From a virus (taxonomy: Duplodnaviria > Caudoviricetes): DNA of 64,000 nucleotides. Within the stretch, counting starts at the first letter, position 1; each line of letters begins with the position of its first letter. The translations under genes and the position numbers were made by a program. The notes under the pieces were generated by a model. The model ran no database searches and had not been told where the DNA came from. It worked only from the letters and a program-made list of their open reading frames with translations. The DNA is taken from the IMG/VR virus record IMGVR_UViG_2756170246_000001, positions 4,509-68,508 of that record; one strand, given 5' to 3'. Shown here in pieces: positions 36,686-45,328 of the stretch.

Positions 36686-36969
36686 CGGCGCTCCACCTGC
36701 ACCGTCTTGCCGCCGCCACGCAGAAGCTTGCCGAACTTCTCCTCGGCCTGGCTGAGCGCCGCCGAGGCCTTATCCCCGCTGCCGACTATCTGGCTCTGAA
36801 GATGTGCGCGGAGGGCATGCCAGGCCGCCAACTCGGCTTCACCGGCGGTGGCGAACAGGATGGGGATACCGTTCTCGTTGACGGTCTCGTAGTCGGACCT
36901 GTGGACCTTGCGGAGGAGACCATGGTGGCCGCCGGCGACTGGCCGCGACTTGGCGTTGACCTCGTTCAT
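36682..36969 (-). CDS. Hypothetical protein
   Basis: ATGA-coupled ORF. Confidence 0.6.
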   Translation of the reverse strand: MNEVNAKSRPVAGGHHGLLRKVHRSDYETVNENGIPILFATAGEAELAAWHALRAHLQSQIVGSGDKASAALSQAEEKFGKLLRGGGKTVQVERR

Positions 36970-37508
36970 GCCACCGCCGTCGAGACGATGTGGAATGGCG
37001 CGCGCACGCCGGCACTGAGGCGTTCAGCCGCTTCTAGAGCCAGCGTGAGCCGATCGTTAGGCTTTGCCGCAGGAGTGGCAAAAAGTGCGCCGAGGGCGAT
37101 CTCAGCACCGCACCCACAAGCGTCGAACCCGTCGAGCGCCTCGCCAACCTGGTAGTCGCTGTCGATTAGAAACAGCCGCCCTTGATAGCCGACGAGGAAA
37201 GTTCCGCCCTTCTCTGCCTCATGGTGCTTTTCAGCATAACCGCCTGTCTTCAGGCAGTCGCGGACGGCGTTGATGAAGTCCGTGACCATGAACTTGTAGA
37301 CATCGGTGTCGGGGTGCCTTTTGGGTGGCGTAAACGACTGAGCAAGCAACTGCCCCATCCGGAACGACGAAGTGAAGCCCATGATGAAATCGCCGTTGCT
37401 GAAGACCTTGCGATCTGCCCGGACTGTCAGCGAGTAGCCGGCGACACCAGCGCTATCACCGCCGATATAGACCTTGCCTGCGTCGATCACTCCTACGATG
37501 CATGTCAT
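36966..37508 (-). CDS. HslV/proteasome-beta-like Ntn hydrolase
   Basis: MTCIVGV...IGGDS; DRKVF; GFTSSFRMGQLL; ACGCGAEIALGAL; ALEAAE. Confidence 0.75.
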   Translation of the reverse strand: MTCIVGVIDAGKVYIGGDSAGVAGYSLTVRADRKVFSNGDFIMGFTSSFRMGQLLAQSFTPPKRHPDTDVYKFMVTDFINAVRDCLKTGGYAEKHHEAEKGGTFLVGYQGRLFLIDSDYQVGEALDGFDACGCGAEIALGALFATPAAKPNDRLTLALEAAERLSAGVRAPFHIVSTAVA

Positions 37509-37510
37509 GG

Positions 37511-39352
37511 TCAGGCGGCCTCTTCTTCGTCGATCTCGTCGAAGTCGGGATCGTGCTCCGTTGGCGGAGCCTCACTCAGCACCGGGATCGCGCCGGGCCC
37601 GGTATAGGTCGGCGCCCTCAACTCTGGAGGAAGCCAGCCGGTCTGCGGGACGTTGGCGAGGGCGAAGGCGGTGAGTTCCGCCTTCTTCATCTTCTCCGCC
37701 TTGCGAGCTTCATCGTCGTTGAGGGCTTCGCGGATCGCGGTGATGACGAACGGCTTCGAGGCACCACCGAAATAGTCGGCAGCATCGAACGCCTCCAGGA
37801 GCGCGCCGGTCAACTTCACGGGGTTAATGGCGGAGGCGAGCGGTGCCCCATCAGAGTTGAACGGAGGCCTGCCGATAGATGTCCGCTCCAAGTGCACGGC
37901 TTCAGCTGCGCAGCCGGCGGCCACCGTGAACAACTCCTGATCGGTCATGTCGGACAGGCGGGCGAAGACGCCAGCGAATGTCTCCTTGTCCTCGCCATGC
38001 TTCTTCGCGAAGCCTTCATGGTAGATGCGGACCGGGCTGTCCGCATGCAAACGCCTGTGCGTGATGAAACCTGCCAGCAAGGCAACCAGACCGACGCGAG
38101 GCTCCTGCTGCAAGGCCTGACGAACCGCAAGGGTGGCCTGTCCGCTCAACCGCTGGTGCAGCGCATTGGAGATCGTCGGCGGCCCCTTCTCCTTCGGTGC
38201 GCCAGATGATGATGCCGATGACGCCTTCTTCTCCGCCGCAGGCTTCACGACGCCGCGCACAATCTCGACATCACCGTGATAGCCGATCTCGACAACGGCA
38301 CCGGCCTTGGCGAATTGTTCGGACGTCCACTGCCGGCTTGCGATGTCGATCAAGAGCGCGCCGAGCTCACCTTTGGCGCCCTCCGTTCCTTTGGCCTCGG
38401 CCTTCTCCAGTTTCTTGATCCGCTTCTTTTCATCGGCTGTCGCCTTGCCGTCGCCGGGTTTCTCGCGCTTCCAGCTATGCTTCCAGTAATAGCCGAGGTC
38501 CTTGTCGGTGCTCACCCAGGACCAGCCTTCCGCCTTTAGCCCATCCAGTTTCGCCTGAATGGATTCCTGGGCGACTCGATGCATCAGCGCCTTATCGGCC
38601 ACGATGTGATCGTCGCCGAAGAGATCGGTGGTGACGGCGCCACCAGCAGCCTTGTAGGCGTCGAGCCCCGCCATCTTGACCCATTTCTTGACGTCGCCAT
38701 CGGCGCCACCGAAGGCCAGCATGACGGCGTGGCCGTGAAGATTGCGGTCCTTCGTCAGTTTAGTGAAGACGCGTTCCTGTTCCTCGATCGAGGGTGCCAA
38801 GGTAAAGGCTCGCACGGTCTCGATGGCACGACCGCGCTCATCGAGGGTGCCCTCGCGCCAAGCATCAAGGATCAGCGGCGACAGCCTGCCCAGAGCCAGC
38901 ATGCGGCGCACCCGCTTCGGCTCAATGCCGAACCGTGCCGCGATCTGGCTCTCATCGAGACCGCGATCGGCGAGATCGCGGAAGGTCTCGTAGGTGTCGG
39001 CCTCATGCTGTGGGAGACGGATCAGGTTTTCGGCCTGGCTGATCTCTCGGGCGGTATTGTCGTCGACGTCGCCGATCAGCACGGGGACCTCAAAGCCGGG
39101 CGTCACCGGTTCATCGGCGGCGGTATCACCATCGGTGGCGAGCTCGCAGAGGACGCGGTGGCGACGGCTGCCCGCTATGATCTTGTATCTCTTGGCTGCG
39201 GCATCCCATCGAACCCGGAGCGGCTGGACGATGCCGTGCGCGCGGATTGAGGCTTTCAGCTCATCAATACCTTCATCGCTGCGGGTGCGGCGGGCATTGA
39301 TGGCGTCATCGGGCTCGATGTCGGCGAGCGCGACCATTCTGATCGAGGTCAT
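37511..39352 (-). CDS. parB: ParB/RepB/Spo0J family protein
   Basis: NARRT...IDELKASIRAHGIVQPLRV...IIAGSRR; SQAENL.R; HTH IAARFG......RRMLALGRL. Confidence 0.85.
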   Translation of the reverse strand: MTSIRMVALADIEPDDAINARRTRSDEGIDELKASIRAHGIVQPLRVRWDAAAKRYKIIAGSRRHRVLCELATDGDTAADEPVTPGFEVPVLIGDVDDNTAREISQAENLIRLPQHEADTYETFRDLADRGLDESQIAARFGIEPKRVRRMLALGRLSPLILDAWREGTLDERGRAIETVRAFTLAPSIEEQERVFTKLTKDRNLHGHAVMLAFGGADGDVKKWVKMAGLDAYKAAGGAVTTDLFGDDHIVADKALMHRVAQESIQAKLDGLKAEGWSWVSTDKDLGYYWKHSWKREKPGDGKATADEKKRIKKLEKAEAKGTEGAKGELGALLIDIASRQWTSEQFAKAGAVVEIGYHGDVEIVRGVVKPAAEKKASSASSSGAPKEKGPPTISNALHQRLSGQATLAVRQALQQEPRVGLVALLAGFITHRRLHADSPVRIYHEGFAKKHGEDKETFAGVFARLSDMTDQELFTVAAGCAAEAVHLERTSIGRPPFNSDGAPLASAINPVKLTGALLEAFDAADYFGGASKPFVITAIREALNDDEARKAEKMKKAELTAFALANVPQTGWLPPELRAPTYTGPGAIPVLSEAPPTEHDPDFDEIDEEEAA

Positions 39353-40179
39353 GTCGGTGTCCTTTCTGTTTTGCGGTTGCGGCGCGCCGCGACGGCGTGC
39401 TCAAGCTTCGCCACCGCCATGATGGTGGGCTTCAACTCGGCCGGGGCGCGGTCATAGTCGCGGTTGGATTTGCCGTTCAGGCGAGGGAGAAGGCCGATCG
39501 GAACCGGCTCCCAATTCGACGGGTCGGTGTTCAACCTCTCGCCAAGGCACTTCAGCACCATGCCGTCCGGCACCGGGCCGTTGGCCTGCTCCCAAAGCCA
39601 GCGATGCTTGTGGACACGCCACGTCGATGCGCCAGTCCAAGGGTTGCGTCGGTCGGTGACGATCCAGATATAGCCGTCATCACCAAGCGATTCGTGGCCA
39701 GGGCCACGCCGGTTGTGAGGCTTCAACCCCTTTTTGAATTGGGTCACCGCACTATTCGGGTTGAACGGCAGCTTCTTGCCTTTGCTCCACGGTGCGACGC
39801 CTTTGTCGAACTGGCCGGTCCTGCCTGTCTTCCATCCCTCACGCTTGCGCAGAGCATGCAGCTTCGAAGGCGTCACATCGTGCCGGCCGAACGCCACCTG
39901 GAAGGCGCGGCACCACTCGTTGATTTCCATCGTGGAGTTGTCGCGCAGCCATCCGATCTCGGCGGCTGTATATTTCAGGCGACGGCCCTTGGTCCGGCCC
40001 TTTGTCGGACCGACCTTCCAGCCTAGCCGCTTGCGGAGGCCGTGAAGGTTTATTTGCAACACATCTGGCCGGCCGAACTCGGCTTGGAAGGCGCGATGAT
40101 AGTCGCTGATCACCATCATCCGGTTGGCTTCAAGCCATGCCATCTCGGCGGCGGTGTAGGAGATGCGGACGCCCCTCAT
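39349..40179 (-). CDS. HNH_3-type protein with duplicated N-terminal repeat
   Basis: Two YT.AE..WL..N repeats; GQFDKG..PW.KG; HRWLWEQANGPVPDG...LNTDPSNW. Confidence 0.75.
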   Translation of the reverse strand: MRGVRISYTAAEMAWLEANRMMVISDYHRAFQAEFGRPDVLQINLHGLRKRLGWKVGPTKGRTKGRRLKYTAAEIGWLRDNSTMEINEWCRAFQVAFGRHDVTPSKLHALRKREGWKTGRTGQFDKGVAPWSKGKKLPFNPNSAVTQFKKGLKPHNRRGPGHESLGDDGYIWIVTDRRNPWTGASTWRVHKHRWLWEQANGPVPDGMVLKCLGERLNTDPSNWEPVPIGLLPRLNGKSNRDYDRAPAELKPTIMAVAKLEHAVAARRNRKTERTPT

Positions 40180-40802
40180 GGTGCGCGCTCCCGAGCGGCA
40201 TGCTCCAGCTCGGCGATCGCAAGGATCGTGGGCTTGAGGGCGGATGGTGCGTGGTCATATCCGCGACCGTAGCGACCGCCGAGGCGCGGGAGCAGCGCGC
40301 GCGGTATCGCTCGCCAGTTCGACGGCTCCGTGTTGAGGCGATTGCCGTCCAGAGATTTGAGAACCGAGCCTTCTGGCAGCGAACCGTTCAACTCTTCCCA
40401 ACGGAGGATGTGCACCAGCCGCCAGCGCGATTGCAGTGGCATGCCGTCATGAATCTTGCGCTCGAGGTATCCATCCTTGTTGAAGCGCTCGGTCCCGATC
40501 GGCTTGTATTTGGCGGCCGCCGCGCCGGTCATGCTTCCCTTTTTGAACTGCGTCTCAACTGCTCTGCCACGCGCGGGGTGAGGTTTCCCCTTGTTGAACG
40601 GGACCGATCCCTTTTCGAAGCCGCCAGTGCGCCCGGTGTTCCATTTCCTGCGTGAGCAAAGAGCCTTGATGTCTTCAAGTCTGATGTCGGCGCGTCCGAA
40701 CTGAGCGACAAAAGCGGCGTGCAGCGCGCGACGGCTCATCGCCTGCCGCCACTCGATGAACGAAAGCTCCTCGTCGCTATATCGGATCTGCCGGCCTTTC
40801 AT
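40176..40802 (-). CDS. HNH_3-type protein, paralog of 39349..40179
   Basis: YSDEE..FI; GGFEKG..PFNKG; HILRWEELNG.LPEG..LKSLDGNRLNTEPSNW. Confidence 0.78.
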   Translation of the reverse strand: MKGRQIRYSDEELSFIEWRQAMSRRALHAAFVAQFGRADIRLEDIKALCSRRKWNTGRTGGFEKGSVPFNKGKPHPARGRAVETQFKKGSMTGAAAAKYKPIGTERFNKDGYLERKIHDGMPLQSRWRLVHILRWEELNGSLPEGSVLKSLDGNRLNTEPSNWRAIPRALLPRLGGRYGRGYDHAPSALKPTILAIAELEHAARERAP

Positions 40803-41050
40803 TTGCCCTCGATCTCCTTCGGCGCGGAGAGCATCGGGAGATCCTTGCGGAAGCGGTCGCCGTGGTTCGCCACCAGCGTTGCCGCCTGGATACCGAGGCG
40901 GGCGTTATCGACGATCATGTCGGCGACTTTGACCATGGCATCGGTGCGTTGGACCTCCGCTTCCAGCTGCTCCTTGGAGAGACCTTCTGCGGACAATCGC
41001 TCGATCTGCGCGAAGAGATGGTCGTTGAGGTCGGTGATGCGGTTCTTCAT
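40799..41050 (-). CDS. Conserved phage protein (DLNDHLFAQIERL type)
   Basis: MKNRITDLNDHLFAQIERL; in my recollection usually found upstream of HNH_3 genes. Confidence 0.7.
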   Translation of the reverse strand: MKNRITDLNDHLFAQIERLSAEGLSKEQLEAEVQRTDAMVKVADMIVDNARLGIQAATLVANHGDRFRKDLPMLSAPKEIEGK

Positions 41051-41238
41051 GTTTGAAATCTCCTGTCGGCTGTGGGATTTCGCCATTCCGTCGCACTCTC
41101 GACGTCGCGCATCGCTGCGAGATCGAGCGCGCCGGCCATGTCGTCAGCGGTGCGGCGGAGGAGTTCGGCGGCCCAGTCCGAGGTGCTGTCGATGAGCTCC
41201 TCGAGCTGGCGGCTGGCGGTGGAGAGTGAGCCCGTCAT
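41047..41238 (-). CDS. Hypothetical protein
   Basis: Coupled small ORF. Confidence 0.5.
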   Translation of the reverse strand: MTGSLSTASRQLEELIDSTSDWAAELLRRTADDMAGALDLAAMRDVESATEWRNPTADRRFQT

Positions 41239-41714
41239 TTGCCGCCACCCATGCCGGCGGCGTTGAGGCGATAGATTTCGACGGCCGCGGCGAGCTGCTT
41301 GCCTAGATCCTTGATCGCCTTAGCGGCGGGATCGCCGGTTAGCACCAGGCCGGCGTTGACTATCACATCATTGAGTGTGAAGGCCTGCTCAATTGTGGAC
41401 TGGCCCGCTTTGACGGCGACGATCGAGAAGCCGCGTTCTTCGACGCGGACCTCGCGCATGGTATCGGGCTGCGCGTAGACCTGGTTGGCAACGATGGTTG
41501 GTGACGTCGGCGCCGCAACCGGGGCGGGCTCGCCGGTCTGCACAAGCTGGACGCCGGCGTCGGACAGGATGCGCATGAGATGGTCGGCGCGGCGGCGAAC
41601 CTCTTCGGCGGCGGCATCGTCGACGCCGGCTAGATCGGACCACAATGGCCGAATCAATCCGTAGCGCTCACGGCGCATGCACTCGGCCAGGATGTCTCTG
41701 ATGGCGCGCGTCAT
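41235..41714 (-). CDS. Hypothetical phage protein
   Basis: Coupled ORF. Confidence 0.6.
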   Translation of the reverse strand: MTRAIRDILAECMRRERYGLIRPLWSDLAGVDDAAAEEVRRRADHLMRILSDAGVQLVQTGEPAPVAAPTSPTIVANQVYAQPDTMREVRVEERGFSIVAVKAGQSTIEQAFTLNDVIVNAGLVLTGDPAAKAIKDLGKQLAAAVEIYRLNAAGMGGGK

Positions 41715-41965
41715 GGCCGCCCCCGTGGAACCGACCGCCAGTGCTCGACCACGGTCTCATCCCGGTCCTGGCGGCCTTGCTTCGACCATGGGTGACGGCT
41801 GGTCCAGCCGCAGGGGCAGACCGCGAGGGCTTCACCAGTTTTCGGGTCGGTCTGCATCGAGACGACATGCGCCGCGAAGAGCGGCTCGCACCGCTCACAG
41901 AACGGGATACCGCGTTCGTCGTTGAAGCGGCGGCCGTCGCATACGACGCAATCGGGGAGGCTCAT
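41711..41965 (-). CDS. Small Cys-rich (CxxC) protein
   Basis: CVVC...CERC...CPCG. Confidence 0.55.
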   Translation of the reverse strand: MSLPDCVVCDGRRFNDERGIPFCERCEPLFAAHVVSMQTDPKTGEALAVCPCGWTSRHPWSKQGRQDRDETVVEHWRSVPRGRP

Positions 41966-42681
41966 CGCGGCACCCTCACGCGGTGCCGGAACACCGGCTC
42001 GAAGCCCTTCGGTTCGAACTGATAGCCGCGACCCCAGACGGTGCGGACGACATCGAGGCCATCATTCATCTCGAGCAGCTTGTGGCGGAGCTTGCAGACG
42101 AAGACGTCGATGATCTTCTGCTCCGGCTCGTCCTCACCGCCGTAAATGTGATCCATCAGGTCGGCTTTGGAAAACACCTTGCCGGGGTCGAGTGCCAGCG
42201 TGGTGAGCAGCTTCGCCTCCGCCGGTGCCAGCCGGCTCTTCCTGTCGCCGGCTTCGACAAGGCCGGTGTCGGCGTCATAGATGCAGCCCGGCATCTTGAT
42301 GAAGAGGTGGTCGTTGTAGGTGCCGCGCCGCACCAGCGCCTTCAGGCGCGCGATGAACTCGTCGCTATGGATCGGCGCGGGCTGGACATCATCGGCGCCG
42401 CAGCGGAGGATCGTTGAGGCGGCGAGGGAGGTGCACTCATCGGCGTCGAGCAGGACGAACAGGATGTTTTTCACGTCGGCGCGACGGAAGTCGCGGCAGG
42501 CCATTGCGGCGAAGCCGCTGTTCGCCGCCCTGATGACGCCGACCGCCTCGGGGTCACGGAAGAGCGCGCTGCACAAATCCTGCGGGAGTGGCTCGCCAGC
42601 GCTCTCGAAGCCGGCGTCCTCGGCCGCGGCGCGCAGCGCGCTCTCGATCTCGCGGGATGGGGCGGAGACGACGACACGCAT
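41962..42681 (-). CDS. ctrA: CtrA-like response regulator with degenerate receiver domain
   Basis: GADDVQPAPIHSDEFIARLKALVRR and HIYGGEDEPEQKIIDVFVCKLRHKL...TVWGRGY closely match CtrA as recalled; acidic pocket, phospho-Asp and Lys not conserved. Confidence 0.85.
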   Translation of the reverse strand: MRVVVSAPSREIESALRAAAEDAGFESAGEPLPQDLCSALFRDPEAVGVIRAANSGFAAMACRDFRRADVKNILFVLLDADECTSLAASTILRCGADDVQPAPIHSDEFIARLKALVRRGTYNDHLFIKMPGCIYDADTGLVEAGDRKSRLAPAEAKLLTTLALDPGKVFSKADLMDHIYGGEDEPEQKIIDVFVCKLRHKLLEMNDGLDVVRTVWGRGYQFEPKGFEPVFRHRVRVPR

Positions 42682-43088
42682 CAGGCCGCCCTCGCATTGA
42701 GCAACGCCCGCGCCTTCGCGCGGCATGCTTCATCCATCTCGAAGCCGAAGGCGTAGACCGTCGTGAAGTTCAATCCGTGCGGCCGAAGCTTCTTGCGGAT
42801 CCGCTTGATGTGGGACCGAATCGATTCTCCGATGTCGCTGATCGTATCAAGCTGGTCGAAGGTGTAGATCGCGGCCTGGATTTGGCCGTAGGTACCGACG
42901 CCGCAGTGGACGAGCAGGGCGAAGATCAGCGACTCCGCTTCGGTGAGATCGAAAGCCAACCGGGCGGTCTGGGCGATATCCAGACCACTGAGCTTGGCGA
43001 TCGTCGCTTTCAGCTGGCGGTTTTCCTCCTCCAGGATCTCGATGCGATCGCGGAGGCCGTGGTTCCCGAAGACCTCGTGCCTGCTCAT
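42681..43088 (-). CDS. Orphan OmpR/PhoB-type winged-helix protein with N-terminal coiled coil
   Basis: RIEILEEENRQLK; LTEAESLIFALL...IRSHIKRIRKKL...TTVYAFGF. Confidence 0.75.
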   Translation of the reverse strand: MSRHEVFGNHGLRDRIEILEEENRQLKATIAKLSGLDIAQTARLAFDLTEAESLIFALLVHCGVGTYGQIQAAIYTFDQLDTISDIGESIRSHIKRIRKKLRPHGLNFTTVYAFGFEMDEACRAKARALLNARAA

Positions 43089-43306
43089 GCGAATTCCTCC
43101 GGCCGGCGCAGGACAACAACGGTCTTGGCGGCGATACGACGGACGAACCGGCCGGCGATCAGCTGGTTCAGGCAGACGTTGTAGGTGTTGTGATCAAGCC
43201 CGAGATCGGCCAGCACCTCGACGCGACGTAGCGCAACGGGCTGGCCTACTGGCCCGAGGCCTGTGAAGTAAGAGAGGAGTTCGATGGCGCGCGCGGCGGT
43301 GCTCAT
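43085..43306 (-). CDS. Small winged-helix-like protein
   Basis: VLADLGLDHNTYNVCLNQLIAGRFV; TGATG-coupled. Confidence 0.5.
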   Translation of the reverse strand: MSTAARAIELLSYFTGLGPVGQPVALRRVEVLADLGLDHNTYNVCLNQLIAGRFVRRIAAKTVVVLRRPEEFA

Positions 43307-43677
43307 CAGAATCCCCGGTCTGGTACGTAGAGGCAGAACGAATGCGGCGACGACATATCGCCGGCCGGCTTGCACTCGTGGTAGAATTCATCCTTGGATC
43401 GGTGGATCCGGTGATCGCCGTAAGGGATCAGTTCGCCGGTCGAAAGCTTGTAGCCGGCCGGTGTCTCCTTCACGTCATTGGCCGGCGCCTGTTGGCAATC
43501 CATTCCGGAGCAGCATGCCGCATCGTATTGCCAGCCCGTTGGCGCGTCATGTGCGCGGGCACCACCGCACATCACGAAGATGATGAACGCGACCGAGGCA
43601 ACCAGCACCGCGATCGCCATGGCCAGGCTGAGCGAATGGTTGCCGCGCATCCGGCCGTTGGCTGGGCGCGCGCTCAT
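43306..43677 (-). CDS. Exported/membrane-anchored Cys-rich protein
   Basis: Hydrophobic N-terminus then AHDAPTGWQYDAACCSGMDC. Confidence 0.7.
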   Translation of the reverse strand: MSARPANGRMRGNHSLSLAMAIAVLVASVAFIIFVMCGGARAHDAPTGWQYDAACCSGMDCQQAPANDVKETPAGYKLSTGELIPYGDHRIHRSKDEFYHECKPAGDMSSPHSFCLYVPDRGF

Positions 43678-43976
43678 GCTGGCACCCGATCGACCGGCGC
43701 ATGCTGCTGGCGGAAGACGTCGAGCCGCTTCGGATCGAGTGGTAGGAAGGAGCGGGCGTCGAAGACCGGCTCAAATGGCCCGGTCGGGCTCGGCAGTTCC
43801 GAGTTGTGGATCTCGTCGAAGAGGAGGAATAAGTACGACTGCAGGAACACCCTCGACCGGATTCGGTAGACTTGCCCTTTGCGGGGTAGCGTCACCCCGT
43901 CCGGGTTTTGCCCAGGCATGTTGTACTGCCAATTCCCATCGACGCAGGCGACGAGTTGCCCGAGGTGGTAGTCCAT
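43674..43976 (-). CDS. Hypothetical phage protein
   Basis: MDYHLGQLVACVD...KGQVYRIR. Confidence 0.6.
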   Translation of the reverse strand: MDYHLGQLVACVDGNWQYNMPGQNPDGVTLPRKGQVYRIRSRVFLQSYLFLLFDEIHNSELPSPTGPFEPVFDARSFLPLDPKRLDVFRQQHAPVDRVPA

Positions 43977-43977
43977 C

Positions 43978-44601
43978 TCAGAACCTTTCCGGTACGGGTG
44001 CGGGTTGATATCGGCGGCTGAGTTCTTCGGCCTCGCGCTTGCGGCGCTCTGAGGCCACCCACAAATCGTCAACAGGTTGAGCGATTGCCGGCGCTGCGTA
44101 GAGGCAGGTGGCGTACCAGCCGGCCACGGCATCGGACCTGTCGAAGGAGAGGTCTTCGGCGTCGTGCGGTATCCAGCCGAGCGCGAGACACTTTTGAAGG
44201 ATCTGTGGTTTCGCGATCTCGCCCTTGAGGTTCCCGCGTCCGATGAACTTGGATCGGATTGTCGAGATCGGCATTTCAACCGGCCGATAGATGCGGTGGT
44301 GGCCGGCCATCGCGAATAGACAGGCGATCACGCCGTACTTCAGATGGCTGGTAGCGGCGTTCGTCTGGCGCTTGAGATGCGAATCCGGAACGGGCTGCTC
44401 GACGGCGAAGACATCGACGGGATGCTGCGCGATGAACTCCTGAAGCCAGCGCTGGGCACCGCAATAGATCATCTGGTGCGACGCCACCTTCGCTTTTTTG
44501 GCGAAGAAGTCGCTTCCCGATATCGGGATGCTACCAACAGGGCCGTAGCACCAACCGAAGCGGGAGCCGCCGTCGACGAAGAGGACGCGGGGCGGGCTCA
44601 T
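43978..44601 (-). CDS. RuvC-like Holliday junction resolvase
   Basis: VLFVDGG..FGW; VFAVEQP; DRSDAVA acidic motifs. Confidence 0.72.
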   Translation of the reverse strand: MSPPRVLFVDGGSRFGWCYGPVGSIPISGSDFFAKKAKVASHQMIYCGAQRWLQEFIAQHPVDVFAVEQPVPDSHLKRQTNAATSHLKYGVIACLFAMAGHHRIYRPVEMPISTIRSKFIGRGNLKGEIAKPQILQKCLALGWIPHDAEDLSFDRSDAVAGWYATCLYAAPAIAQPVDDLWVASERRKREAEELSRRYQPAPVPERF

Positions 44602-45266
44602 GCGCGGGCCTCGGCCCTTGGGCGCTGAGCCGGCGACACAATGGGGGAGGAAGCCTTCTCCAGCGACCAGCCGCGCGACAGCCGCTGGTGCACTATCTTG
44701 TAGGTGAGGCCTTTGCGCTCACAATATTCAGCTAGCGAGACGCGCTCGCCGTCGAGATCAACCTCGACCGTCGTGCGCCGATTCCTGGCCTGCTCTACAT
44801 CTAAAGCCCAATGGCAGTTACCGGGTTCATAGTTGCCGTCTTTGTCCTTGCGCTCGATCGAGTGCTCCGGTGTCGGCTTCGGCCCCATGTCTTCTACGAA
44901 GCATTGGAAGCCAGGCTTGCCGTCGGCGCCATTCAGCCAGCGGTCGCAGACTGTGATGCCGCGCCCTCCATACCGATTGTAGCGCTGAGCATTTGGATTG
45001 AAGCAGCGCTGCTGGATACCGCTCCACGTCCCGGCTAGCGGATGTGTCCCGCCGGTGTTCAGCCCGTGAGTGGTGTTGCCGCGACCCTTCCGTTGGTTGC
45101 ATCCGCATGAAATAGCGATGCCCTTGCGGAGCCCTTCGCCGCTGACCTGGCATTCTGCCCCGCATGCGCAGATACAATTCCAACGAAGATGCTTGTTGAC
45201 CATGCTCGCCGGGCCAAGCACGCGAAGCTGGCCGAACTGCTGACCTGATAAGTCGATGCGCTTCAT
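44598..45266 (-). CDS. Free-standing HNH homing-endonuclease-like protein
   Basis: DLSGQQFGQLRV...WNCICACG...SCGC...RC.NP....Y..YGGRGITVCDRW...F..DMG...SIER.D.DGNYEPGNC.WA. Confidence 0.85.
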   Translation of the reverse strand: MKRIDLSGQQFGQLRVLGPASMVNKHLRWNCICACGAECQVSGEGLRKGIAISCGCNQRKGRGNTTHGLNTGGTHPLAGTWSGIQQRCFNPNAQRYNRYGGRGITVCDRWLNGADGKPGFQCFVEDMGPKPTPEHSIERKDKDGNYEPGNCHWALDVEQARNRRTTVEVDLDGERVSLAEYCERKGLTYKIVHQRLSRGWSLEKASSPIVSPAQRPRAEARA

Positions 45267-45328
45267 CTGATCTGAACCACAAGGTGAGCCGGCCGCAATG
45301 GCGGCCACAGGTCTTTACGATTGGAAAT

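Noticed and set aside
44598-45266. Group I intron around the HNH gene
   Set aside because: The flanking genes are intact separate ORFs; no split gene to splice.
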